NCBI GenBank assembly: GCA_000708835.1
Contig: DF237163.1
Coordinates: forward strand, 76,549-140,548
Length of the DNA: 64,000 bases
Reading direction: 5' to 3'
Origin: Klebsormidium nitens
Lineage: Eukaryota > Plantae > Klebsormidiophyceae
Shown here: in pieces, positions 1-11,513 of the stretch
Layout: every line of letters starts with the position of its first letter
How positions within the stretch are numbered: the stretch's first letter is position 1
Notes under the pieces: model-generated
What the model saw: only the letters and a program-made list of their open reading frames with translations
Databases searched by the model: none
What the model was told of the DNA's origin: nothing
Made by a program: the position numbers and the translations under genes

Positions 1-176
1 GAGCAGCGGGCGTGCTTGTGCGCCTAACTTGCGCATTGGTTTTTTCGCTCTTTCTCTTGATGAAGTGTACAGTTGGTTGATAGATCAAACGTCCGTTACT
101 TGTCGGACTGCCGTTCGGCAGTCGGGAAAACAATATTTCTGTATCCTGTACACAGGAAATGCAAGACATGATGTGT

Positions 177-599
177 CTATCCGTCCATCTCCATATCTAT
201 CCGAGTCTTCAAGTCTTTCAAAAGCTTCGTGGGCAAATCTGGCGACCCGCGCCTGTACGCGCCCGGACGTTTACATACCCATGATGAATTGGAGATGGGA
301 GCGTCGAAATAGATCGTAGAGAGATCGAGATCCTTCACATGGTCGTTGAAGCTGGGTAATTGGGCGACGGATCAGAAAGGCGACTTTTGAGAGTACTTGA
401 AAGCTTTCCCTCCTTCAAACATATGGCCAAGAGCTTCTTCTGATCCCCTCCAAAGAAGCCCCTGGACCTCAGGACTGACAAGGTCTTGAGGGCTCCTTTG
501 GAGGAGATTAAGCGTCGACTTCGGCCTGGCATGCATTCGACAAGTCTCGCTTTTATCATAGCGCAGAAAAAGGTGTAAAGCGACGTCTGAGTCCGTCAT
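177..599 (-). pseudogene. Possible hypothetical gene fragment or pseudogene
   Basis: ORF 372-599 continues in frame past a single TGA into a protein-like stretch (SVAQLPSFNDHVKDLDLSTIYFDAPIS...DMEMDG*). No recognisable domain. Confidence 0.2.
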
Positions 600-1810
600 G
601 ACGCTCGTCGCCCATTGGCTTTTGGTAGGCCAAAGCCGGGAACGATTCTGTCCTTGCCATATACTTTCGAAAAGGTTACGCTAAAAGGATGAAAAGGGCG
701 TTTCTGACAATTAGATTGGTCAACCCGCAAGGTAGTATTGCGGCAATCAACATGCGGACACTGTACACGTTGATGTTCACATCAGCATAACGAAGGAACA
801 GTAAAATTACATCATCCAATTAGGTCCATCTAGAAAATCTCGATTCGGTCCACGTGGCTACGACCGGGCAGCGCGCGAGAAACGTTTGTAAGCATGCGAC
901 ACGGCCTGTTGGCACGTGGCCTCGGCAAAAGGAGCATTAACAAGGAAGATTGTCGGCGAAAGCACTGACCGGCGCCTGCATTAATATGTTATGCTATTGC
1001 CAACGTAAAGGGCATCGAGCTTCAATGGACCAGTTCGTAGCAGACCATCAATTGTAGTAGACTAAACGTGGTGAGCCGCTTGCGCCGACCGCGAACGGAC
1101 CGTTTTCATATAGCAGACCATCAAGGGTCTCGCTAGACGACACAAGCGGCTCGCGAAGCTGAAGAAATCTCGAATTCAATAAGATCCTCAAGAGACGTGA
1201 CGGCAACCAGCAAAGCAAGATTGTGTTCAGCTCTGTGAGAAAAGTTCACCCCTGAACTCAAGCAAGGACTCCGCGTACAGATTCAGGCAGCAATGGCCAG
1301 CAGCAGAATTCTTTCTGGGCCCACAAGTAGAAGAGAACAGTGATCGTTGACTCTTTCGTCGGAGCCACGCGCAATTTTGATTTTGAGAGTCCGTCTATAT
1401 CAATCAAATCTGAAACGAATCAGAAAGAAGAGTCGTAAGCTGAGTCGACCCGTTCCAATCTTGGCGTCGCGGTCAGCAACGGTAAAGGCTTTGCACGCGG
1501 CTGGAGTTAGTCGCCTTCATACAGATTGCGCACGTGCTTACATTTGCAGCAGCCTTCATGTTAGTGCGGCAACTCTAGTCACGATCGACGTTCCACTGAG
1601 CAGCTCTCCTTGCACATTACAAATGTCATTACATATCATTACAGATGCCCCCAAGCAGAATCCAGAACAAAATCCACGAAAAAAAGGCGCAGATTGCTAC
1701 AGGCGATCTGCCTCCGAGCCTCTATCCAAGACATCGAAAACCACGAACTTCCCGCGGTGAAGCAGCACGCTCTCAGCTTCCGGCCTGGAAAGCGTCAGGG
1801 AACCGCAAAT

Positions 1811-2065
1811 GAAGCGCGGCCGGCCGCGCGGCCGATCGGGACGTCGCGGCAGGCCGTGTGGACGACTGGATTGCGGCCAGCGCGGCCCCGCATGCGTACG
1901 CAGGCGAAATGAATCGGCCGGTGGACGTCAGTCGCGGGCGGCCGCGCGCAGAACGGCCACCTGGGTCGCGGCCGGCCGCCACGGGCGATAATGGAAACAT
2001 ACTTCTCAGCCGCGCGGAAAAAATAGGTCGCGGCCGGCCACGCGGCTATCAAGCTTGGTGGCCGC
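1811..2065. repeat. GC-rich island of GCGGCC/GGCCGGCC motifs
   Basis: Perfect 16-bp palindrome GCGCGGCCGGCCGCGC at 1814-1829, GGTCGCGGCCGGCC twice (about 1965 and 2026) and many GCGGCC copies in otherwise average-GC sequence. Confidence 0.5.
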
Positions 2066-5000
2066 TCTGGCAGTGCGCCACACAACGATGTTGGGTGTCG
2101 AGTATGCTCACAAAACCATACACATCCTTCCTGGCCACGTAGTAGTACTTAATGGTTCAGAAGAACGGAATGTGCGCGATGACTTCACGTGGCTTGGAAA
2201 TCTATGTTGCGATCACACATTTGGCGATGCTCATTCGAACGTCTCTGGAACTCTTGTCTCGTCCTTGCCCAGGCACGCCGTGACCAGTGAATTGGCAGAC
2301 CCCGCACAGAAAGGTCGAAACGACTTCAGTGTATGAGTCGAATCCTACCAGGCAGCCCAAGCACACGACTCTGTTTCGATTGAAACGCTGCCCCAAGTGA
2401 GACCCACATCAGGTTGCGTCCTTTTCTGTAGAAGTACGCCGTTGCATTACCAGCTTGTTCTGCCTTGTCACGAAAGGAGCACGCGCCATCAAGAATTTGA
2501 GACTGCTTCGAGAATGAGAAAGAAAAGCTTCTTGAACACCACTGTCAAACTCAGAGTCGAAGATGACCATGTTTTGCCTCTTTACGAGTCTCTTTCAAAA
2601 TCTTGGTTCAGGTCTATCACCTGGACTGCCTATACACAGGAGCCGTGGTGGTGCTTACACAAAGGCCGACGTCACCCGATTGTTAAGACGTATAAAGAGG
2701 TGAGTAATCATGCTTGAAGCAACTATAGGCGGTCTAACGTCGGGAATCTAACACAACGTCTTCAACAACTGGCCCTTACGAGGTCAGCAGGCTCTGTTGC
2801 GTCCTTGCCTGACGCATTCGCACCTAAAGATTGTAGCACGAAGGAACGGCAGTGGAGAGCTGAACGGGTGTCTTGCAGCGCTATCGAGTCGATCAGGTAT
2901 TAATCTTGGATTCAAGGGCATTCCTCTGGGCATGAAGAGCAAGACAAGGTCACAAAGGGAATGAACAGTCCTCGGCTAAGAAAAGCACGGTGGCATCTGA
3001 AGCTTTCGAGAAGCCCGGTCTGGCAACAATGATAATGCCAGTGTATGTCGTCGCTGCCGCACCGGCCGGGTCGCGAGCACAGATTTCACTTCAGGGCCGC
3101 CTTACATGCGGGCAGAATAACATCCAATAAATCTGAAAGATTCAGCCGCCCTCATGGTTCGAACCTATTTCTGTTGTCGTAACAATCGAGGCAAACCCGA
3201 TGCGTGTGTTCAAGTGAAGAGTCACTGGTTTTCAAATTTCCAGAACGGGGCTACTGGGCACCAGGACAGGGACGATAAGGAGGCAGACGATTGTGCGCCG
3301 GTGCCTTTACGAGCACCTGAAAAGTATCATCCGATCCGAAGACATCATTTCGAATAGTCGGCGAAGCTGTCATGCCTAAAGCGTTCTCCAGAACGCTCAC
3401 ATGATAGGACATCAAACTTTCGACAGCAGGTGCAGACAGGAGTGATTCTTGTAGTAAGGCCGCTTCATCTTAACATCAAAACTTCAGCCGGGAAGAGAAA
3501 AGAGAGCACTGTTTTGACTGACTGTCCAAGGCTTTACGGTCCCTAGCAAAGCTCCCCGTGTGGCAAGCTCTCTTCTGCCAAAGCAAAGTTGTCCCTGCCA
3601 AGACTTTACTGTAAGCTTCGAAAGCGCGTACTGCCGAACCGTTCCGCAAGAGCGGCCTAGTCCTCTCATCAAGTTAACGGTTAAAGGGAAAAATATCCAG
3701 TGGACACAGTTCTTGTCAATCTGAGATCGGGTTTTTGCTAGATCCTGCACGTGAGCTTCCTCGTGCACAAGAAGAACATAACAGACCACATGAAAGACTT
3801 AAGCTGCCAAAGATTTGTTCAAGGTCAGAAGTCGAGCCAAAAAGACGTTGCTTTATAGACTGCGGTACTAACGAAATAAGGGTGCCATCAATACGGTGGC
3901 AGTATGGCAGGAGACGCACTGCCATGATTGGCAAGCGCCCGGTCAGCTTCCTTGGCATTCAAAAAGCAATCAACATGTCGGGGATTATGAGACCAAGAAA
4001 TCCTCGTCACTTCCACCGGAATATGCAGGATTCGGCCGATCAAAACAGCCCAGAACACCTGCTAGAGAGCTGATCCCGGCCGACTGACTCGGCTGACCTA
4101 CAATGGCGGAAAGCACTGGAACGACCTGCCTTGGATTGATTGCGGCGCGCAGAAGGTGGGGCGGCAACGGAGCTTGAGGGATGTGGCACACAGACGTACA
4201 ATCCTCGGTACGGATTGGCAGAGATGGGGGAACTAAACGGAAGGAAAACCGAAAATGGAACGGAGTTCATTCTGCAACGCGATGGTGCGTGCAATCCTGG
4301 TAGCGGCTGGTTCTGCAGGCAAAGTGCACGCGCGCTGCGTGCGCGAAACTTTTCCCAACAGGTCTTTGCTTATGAATGACCAGAGAGTCGCACGGCCTTT
4401 GGCAAAATAGGACACCGGCTGGGATGCTGAAAGCCCGTTTCTTCATCGTGCTGAGCACCGAGGGCGATCAGCGAAAATGTTTTCCTTGCCGCTAAACGAA
4501 GAGGCGTGCCGGTACTCGATGAACTCCTACAATGTAAATCAAAAAGGACACAAAAGCGCTCAACGTACTCACATCGAGTCGGAAAGTACTTAGATGCGGG
4601 CGCGCTTTGAAGCACGGACACGTCACGCGCGCGCGCAAGCCAGTAAGGTCTTCAAGAAGGGCCAATTCGAGGATGACCGGGGTGCATGTTTGGAGCCAGC
4701 AATTGAGCCCACAGCTTTTTCTGAAAAGGGTGACGAATCTAAGCATAGCTTGAGATTCGCACAGAGTTAGGGGTTCAAGGTGTTGAGGTCAGCTGAAGAA
4801 AACGAATCCCCATTTGGTTCAAAGCATCGAAAGTGGTCAAATACGTGCAAGCCTGAGTACCTCAGGCTAGCTTAACATCATAACGTATATCCTCTATGTG
4901 GCATCAGTGAACGTCATCCGACATGAGTCAGACATTTCATCACTCTTTATGAGACCAAACATAATCGTCCTCGCCACAACCCGGTGCCCAGACACGCAAC

Positions 5001-8000
5001 ACAAATCTTGACGCGAGCTCGCTACCACCCTCGCGATCACTAGTGCTCTAAACACAGGCGTTAGATATCGATCCGCGGCATGGCTTAAGAGGCCCCTCAT
5101 TCACAAGCAAAGACCAAGCCCATGATTGTGCAGCAGAATATCAATCGTTCTCCTTTGCCATTCTGATGAAGGCAGATGTTCATGACCAAGTTCGCCTGCC
5201 GGGAACATTGCACGTCTGGGCGGCCGCCCACATTCTCCAAGAGCGCTTGATTTTTCAACCCGAAACGTCCCCCGTTAATTAGTCCCCCGTTCAATCCAAG
5301 TGAGGAGTTCAGTGGATTTATTGGTCCTGCATTGGTTCGCCGAACGGCTATCCGCTGCCAAAATATTCTAAACAAGGCAGACCACATAATAAAATTGTAG
5401 TACGAAGGAGTGAAACGTTGCCGCCTTATGGTGAAAAGCCGTGCGCATACCTGGCCCGGCATGCTGGCGCGCTAAGAACAGCCTTGGGCATAGAGCGCAA
5501 GGCGTTAGCAGAGCGACAACTGCACTCAAGTCATACGGTACATGAGCCAAACGAGAAAGTAAGGATGAGTCGGATGTTTGGATACAAAAAACAGTGCCCG
5601 GTTTCTTAAAACGGTGGCTCGGGACTTCCGGTGCAGCGGCGCTGAAAACAATGGGCCGTGCCAATTAGCGAATATCCTAACGCGCTCGTCCTTGCCGCTC
5701 ACGGCATGAAAAGCCCCTTATAAGCACGTCCAATAAGTAGCTGTAAACCAGCGACGTCAGGTTGTGCTGGTTCAAAGAGTTCGACAGCACTTTTTCCGGA
5801 GAAGATTTGTTGAAAGGACGGCGAATTAGGAGTCGAGGGTCAGATCACTTCCGAAGTTCCATTAGCTGTAAATGTTTCTTAAAGGCTTGTTCTTCAAAAC
5901 GAGAAGCGTACTAGTTGGCAAGGCCCGAACCCACCTGCGCATACGCGCGTGTCATCGTTCACCTACCAAACTTTCAATTTAAACGGCGAGTTATTGTGGA
6001 GTTGCCCAGCTATCAGTCGACATCTTCAAACGGGAGCCCCAGATTGCGCTGATCAGAATCGTCATGCAGACAGATTGCCACGGATCCTGAGCCTAAACGT
6101 TTCTGATTCTTGCGTGGTTCCAACGTTGACGGTACTCCGTTCTAGATGCCGCAGTGAATGTAACACAGTGACAACAATCGCTGCAAAGAGGCTTTCAACT
6201 AAATGTCCAACTTCTATCAAGCAATAAACTAACACGAGTGACGACTAGAGGAAATGCTCGCCTAAACTCGAAAGGTTTTTTGAAACTAAGTAGACAGTTC
6301 GGAACCCAAATACTGGCTCTTGAACTTTGAAGTCGTACGAATTGTAGCTTCAGAATCGCCGAAGCGCCCGTCTGGCTCAATGGCGTTGCCAGGCTTCACT
6401 CTTCTCGTCCTTGCCACACTCGGAAGCCGCCAAAGTGTGGAAACCTCTAATTGATGCCGACAAGACGCCCAATTTTATCTCATGCAGACGGTTACGATCC
6501 TGAATGAATCGGTCGAATGTCAAAATACTTTCAATTATGATTCGAGAAGGGCGTGGAAGACCTGTGCGAACAGGCTCCGACTGCTTGGTCCTGCAATACA
6601 AGCGCGAGCAGTTTCACAGCCCCAGGACAAGAAAGAGCTGGCACCGAACCGCCACGTTTCTATTAGCTACTTTCCGTGCTATTCAAGCAAAGACGATCCT
6701 TCCATTCAAGCTCGATGACAGCCTGCCCAAAAAGGGAGAAGAAGTCTCCCAAGTCCATGTGCATTTTTGGGAAGACTTACTTCATGCACCAGTGGATCGA
6801 CGTCAGCAAAACATGGGAAATCCTTGGATATGGCCCGTTCCGAGTTGGACGGTTTCCTGCTTTGAAGCTGATTTGAAAGCTCGTCAGCTGTTAACAGTAC
6901 GGTCAGGGGAGAGAGGGCTTCAGAAGATGCCACGCCCCGACTGGAGACGCCTAGCAAGCATCTGGGTACACGTCGCTATATCCAACTTCTCGCCCGGCTT
7001 GTCTGGTAGAACGGCCAACCAGGAAGGTTGAGGGCCCCGGTTGAGTAAAAAGGCGCGCCGATATATCGACACCTCCTGAGCTAGGCAATCGCCGAATTTT
7101 GAGCGTAATTCAACCCGAGGCGATTAATGTGCTGCAGGCCCTTCAGCGATTTGGTATGTAAAAAGCAGCAGATGCAGACAGATCATCGTTGGAAGCACTG
7201 TTGGTTGCTCTGAACATCAAAGCTTCTACGCTGAAGCAGTGTTGATAATAGTGCGACTGCAGGCTGTACGCAGCAAGCAAGCCCACTGGGAAGAAAGTGG
7301 TGCCCCATTTCATACCCCAGATTGTGAGCTGACTTGCAAACATCTTGCCGGCCGGGGAGGTGCGCCTGTCAAGAACTTGAATTTTACGCGGCTTCAGCCC
7401 GCCTTGAACCAGTACCAGTGTGTCGATCACGTTACGTCCAGAACGTGATCTTTCAAGGCTTCCCGTCCCAGCCACAGCTTATGTAACGAGTCAGAAATCT
7501 CTCCAGTCAACTAAATGCAGAATCAGAGACTTTCAGTCCCTTCACCGCTTGAGGGTTTTAGATTCAATCTGGTTAGTGGCGGTCCCGAGATCGAGCGGCC
7601 TCGTATTGAATCCTTACGACGGAGCGACGTGGCATCGATCTTCGTTTATTTCGACAACTCCATTTGCGACCGCAGAGCACAGTCTCGAAAGCATACAGCA
7701 AAAAATCATTCAGCATTCGCTGACACACTGTCTTTATGATGGAAGAACAAGTCTTCAGCCCGTTGGCGGCTTCATGCATGCATCGTGCTGAGGATTTTGT
7801 CCACCTTGATCGGCATCTCAGGATTCTTCAGGAGCACTCAGCAATAATCCAAGACGCTTTTTCCATCTTCGACTTTAGTCAATCAAAGCTTCGACTGCTG
7901 CTGTGTTGCCGCTTGAAGCAGACAATATTGAGCGGTGGTGACGTGGCTTCGCGCATTGAACTGGAAAACAAGATGGCAACAGAAAGTTGCCAGGATCCGT

Positions 8001-10659
8001 ACGGGCTCGTCATAGCCACCCGCTTTTCAAGTCGACAAGATACATGCTTCCTCCAGACTTCTGTAGCCATAACTCCGGCCCTCTGCTCATGCCAACATGA
8101 TATAATAAGGACGGTCTTGGATCGAAGAATGTGACGCAACACACGAAGGCCCGAAGACCGGACTACAGAAAACATACTTCTTTATCCAGCCAAGAATATC
8201 TGACCAGCGTGTACTCACGCCGAAGATGTCTCGTTAACGCTGGAAAAGTTTACCGTCCATACTCGAGTGCGAAATTGGAATACTAAAGGAGCTTTGAAAC
8301 TTGCGCACCGGTGATCACGTCCAGCGCCAACAGAACGGTACGTGATTGAGAAATTTGGACGGTGAGGATCGCACAATGTTCAATCCGGCTTTGATCGTTC
8401 CGAGAAACGCGAGAAAACTTGCGCGGATACGTTGAAACGGAGCAGCTTTAGGCCGCGCAAAAACCGATCTCGATATCACAGAGGGAAGACGGCGGATTTT
8501 GTTTAGTGGAGGGCCTTTAGCAGCTCCCACTCATCAAAGCAGCCAGGTTGAGACTGATCCCGAATGATTCTTGCATGAGCTTCTTTTTAGCGAGCTGGAC
8601 CGTCCGTGACAAGGAATGAATTAGCTACAGGAGTCTGAACTTGCGCGCGCGCATACATGAGGGCGGAGAAAGGCGCGCTTCTTCCACAAGGCGCGTCACA
8701 GATAAAGGACATGCATGAGAGGTACGCAGCTGCTCGTCCAAGCACACACTATTGACTACTGAAAGTGGGCACCAAAAGAGCAAAAATGGGCCAAAACTGT
8801 GGCGTCCGTATACTGACTAACAACACAATAGGCTACCGCCAGGTGGTTCTCCGTTAAAACCATCATAGCGGCAACTTGCCGCAATGTCTGAGCAAGTTAA
8901 TGGCCAGGGCAAGCGACGAGGCGCGCTGGTGCAGAGCCGCCGAGTTTTGTGGCTATCAAACTGAACGCTCAGCTTCTGAAGTGACAGATCAAAATGAAAC
9001 CAGCAGCGCCCAAAAAGGAAGACGTTAAATAACACCGCAGACACACCAAGTATTGAGCGCCGCGTTGTGAGCTAGTGGGAAGTACCACAGAAAGGTCGAG
9101 TTTTTGAGCCTCAAGCGTGATTGCGACACAAGTGTGGCAGGTCAGAACCTTGCCACCCATTCGCACGTTCATTGGCCCGCAATGATCTCTTTGATGAAGT
9201 GCAGTTATGTATCGACCAAGAAAAAGGGGCTAAAGAACCCGCCCAGGTCTGGATTACTCCCATATCTCAATCAGGGCCTCAAGAAACCTTGAAGCCTCTC
9301 TCACTTTTGCAGGGTTACGTGCAGAACGTTTCTGTAGATGCGGCGAGCTTGTTCGAGACTTCCTACGAACTCTAAAGAAGCGAATAGATGTGCCCGGCCG
9401 GTCCCCGTATTGGTCACAAACAAACGCCATTGCGTTCAACAGCTCATGCTTCCAACGCCACGGTCGAACAGCTACATGTTTTGTTTTGGCGTAGGTCCAA
9501 GGGCTTTCCATAAGAAAACCTCTGCGGCTTTCAAGAATACTCAACACCAAGATGACCGGCTTTGTGGCCAGCTGGTGATTTCATCCACCTCACCAATTAT
9601 TCAGCACGTACGACTTTACGGACCTCCGGTCTGCACGGCTCGACAAATTTTGGAAACAGAACGACAGGGAAGCCTTGGCCAAAGCACGGCAATCGGCTGA
9701 CTGCCCATCTCAAAAGACTCGACGAAGAACCGTTTCGTTTCTTGCCAAAACGCACGTGACGCAAGGCCCTCACCCCAAAAGTTTTCCTTAGACCTGGCAT
9801 TATAAGAGCTCGAATGAATCCAAATATATGGTAGGAAAGTGCGAAAAAAAGGGCTGAAGCTGAAGAATAGCGAACCCAGACAAAGCGTATCCGGAATCGA
9901 TTGCAGACTGAGGGCCCAAAATTGCCATTCGAAAAGAAGGCAGCAGATAACGAGTTCTCCACGGGATCTCATATGTGACTTCGAAAAGCGCCAGGAAATG
10001 GTGACTAGCGTGCAATCGTCATAATCTTTCTTCCTTGCCACAGCTTCTTGGCAGAGCACACTTGGAAAAGACCCCGCCCCTTCGAGACGCAAAAGTGGGT
10101 TCTGAACGCGACATAGGCGTGAAGCTGCTGAAAGAGTGAAAACGGGGCCTCTAGAATCAAGTCAAGGATTCGAAGAACCCGCTAGGAAAAAAACCCGTGA
10201 AAATTTTGATACCACAAGGCTCGCGATCTAACACACTCCTAACCTGCCTGGCAAGTAAGTTCTTGCCAGATGTTCAAATTCTCTTTGCCCCGGCAACTTA
10301 ACGATCACGACGAGCAGATATACGTCAATCAACAATCGAGAGAGTCTCAAGGCCCCACGCCTGCGCTCGCCCATTCTAGCTAGGCCGAAGCAGGGGCAAA
10401 TACGTCTTTCGCTCTTGCACCTGTGCGCTGATTAAGGGGCGCTGAAGTGACGTCAACGTTCAGAAAGCTCTCTCATGAGCAGAACTGCGCAATGCTGAGC
10501 TGAACAAGACGACATCTTTTCGAGCTTGATCAGCTTACGTAGTTTGATACTTTCAAAGGCAGGCTTCTCTGCACCGTCCCCGCATGGTTTTGACCCCTCC
10601 CCGCTCATGCAACGAGCTATTCTTTATGGCAAGAGTTAAATGCTTCTTTCCGAAAGACT

Positions 10660-11199
10660 CTACAGGAGCAGTACCCATCTCGACTCTGAGCTATCAAAGT
10701 CGTCGCCTCTGCCAAACCAGCCCCCCGTTCCGAGATTCCAAAGTGACCGTCTACTGGGCTGCTCCGCCCCCTTGGACGAGGTCGTCGTGTCGTGCTTCTG
10801 GGGGGCTGCACCAGAGCCGTTCGGCGCCCCCCGCTTGCGTGCGGACCGGGCGCGGAGGGAAGTGTCGATGATGCTCTCTGGTTCGCTTGGGGGGGGGCAC
10901 GTTCTGCGTTGTGGGCTCATCCGCAGGGGTTTCAGAAGGGGATGCGATAGGGGGCTTGAGCAAAGCCTCGCTCGCCGGGACATCTTCCTGCCTGCGAAAC
11001 CCCTTCTTTTACCGCCGCACTGCAGCCCTGGGCCGGCCAGGCGCGCGCCGGCCGGCGTTGTGCCAGCGCCGTGCGACTCGCGACTAGCGCTCGGAGCTGA
11101 GCAGTGGATACATTCTCCAGGGTTTGGGATTTCAGGGTTTAGGCTTGACGCGTACCGCGTACCTAGTAGTAGCGCGTAGCAGACTCGGATCCGCGGCAC
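10660..11199 (-). CDS. Hypothetical low-complexity ORF, possibly a first exon, divergent from the monooxygenase
   Basis: GC-rich 179-codon ORF containing telobox-like motifs near its 5' end; the likely start is MSRRARLCSS near 10982. No downstream exons could be linked and no domain was recognised. Confidence 0.3.
   Translation of the reverse strand: MPRIRVCYALLLGTRYASSLNPEIPNPGECIHCSAPSASRESHGAGTTPAGARLAGPGLQCGGKRRGFAGRKMSRRARLCSSPLSHPLLKPLRMSPQRRTCPPPSEPESIIDTSLRARSARKRGAPNGSGAAPQKHDTTTSSKGAEQPSRRSLWNLGTGGWFGRGDDFDSSESRWVLLL
11119..11140 (-). promoter_or_regulatory. Two telobox-like AAACCCT motifs
   Basis: AGGGTTT on the + strand at 11119-11125 and 11134-11140. Teloboxes are common near plant transcription starts. 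Confidence 0.35.
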
Positions 11200-11513
11200 G
11201 CCGCGGCCATGTTGCGCGGCGCCGGGCCGCGGACAATGCAGCCTCAGGAGTCATGCAGGCCATGGCAGCTAGCTAGCCAGTCATTTCAACATTCTTACAC
11301 AAATTATCTGCATTATGCACTAGCAGGAAACCTGTCTGGAGAGGCGCATGGGTCAACCATCAATGTAAAGCTCCGCTGTGACTCTGAGTGGTACTGCAAC
11401 GAAAGCAAAAAGACTGCAACATCAGTAGTAGGACAGAAGAAGCTGTGCTGTTGCAAGGGCTGAACAGTTATTACCTTGATCTAGTTGAGCATCTGAGAGG
11501 CCTTCGCCGCAAG

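Noticed and set aside
1038-1152. 14-bp direct repeat TAGCAGACCATCAA and 10-bp inverted repeat GAGCCGCTTG
   Set aside because: Only two copies each. Not a CRISPR-like array and no associated genes.
4628-8651. Inverted CGCGCGCGCAAG / CTTGCGCGCGCG pair
   Set aside because: The match is limited to a low-complexity (CG)n core and the flanks do not align, so it is not a terminal inverted repeat.
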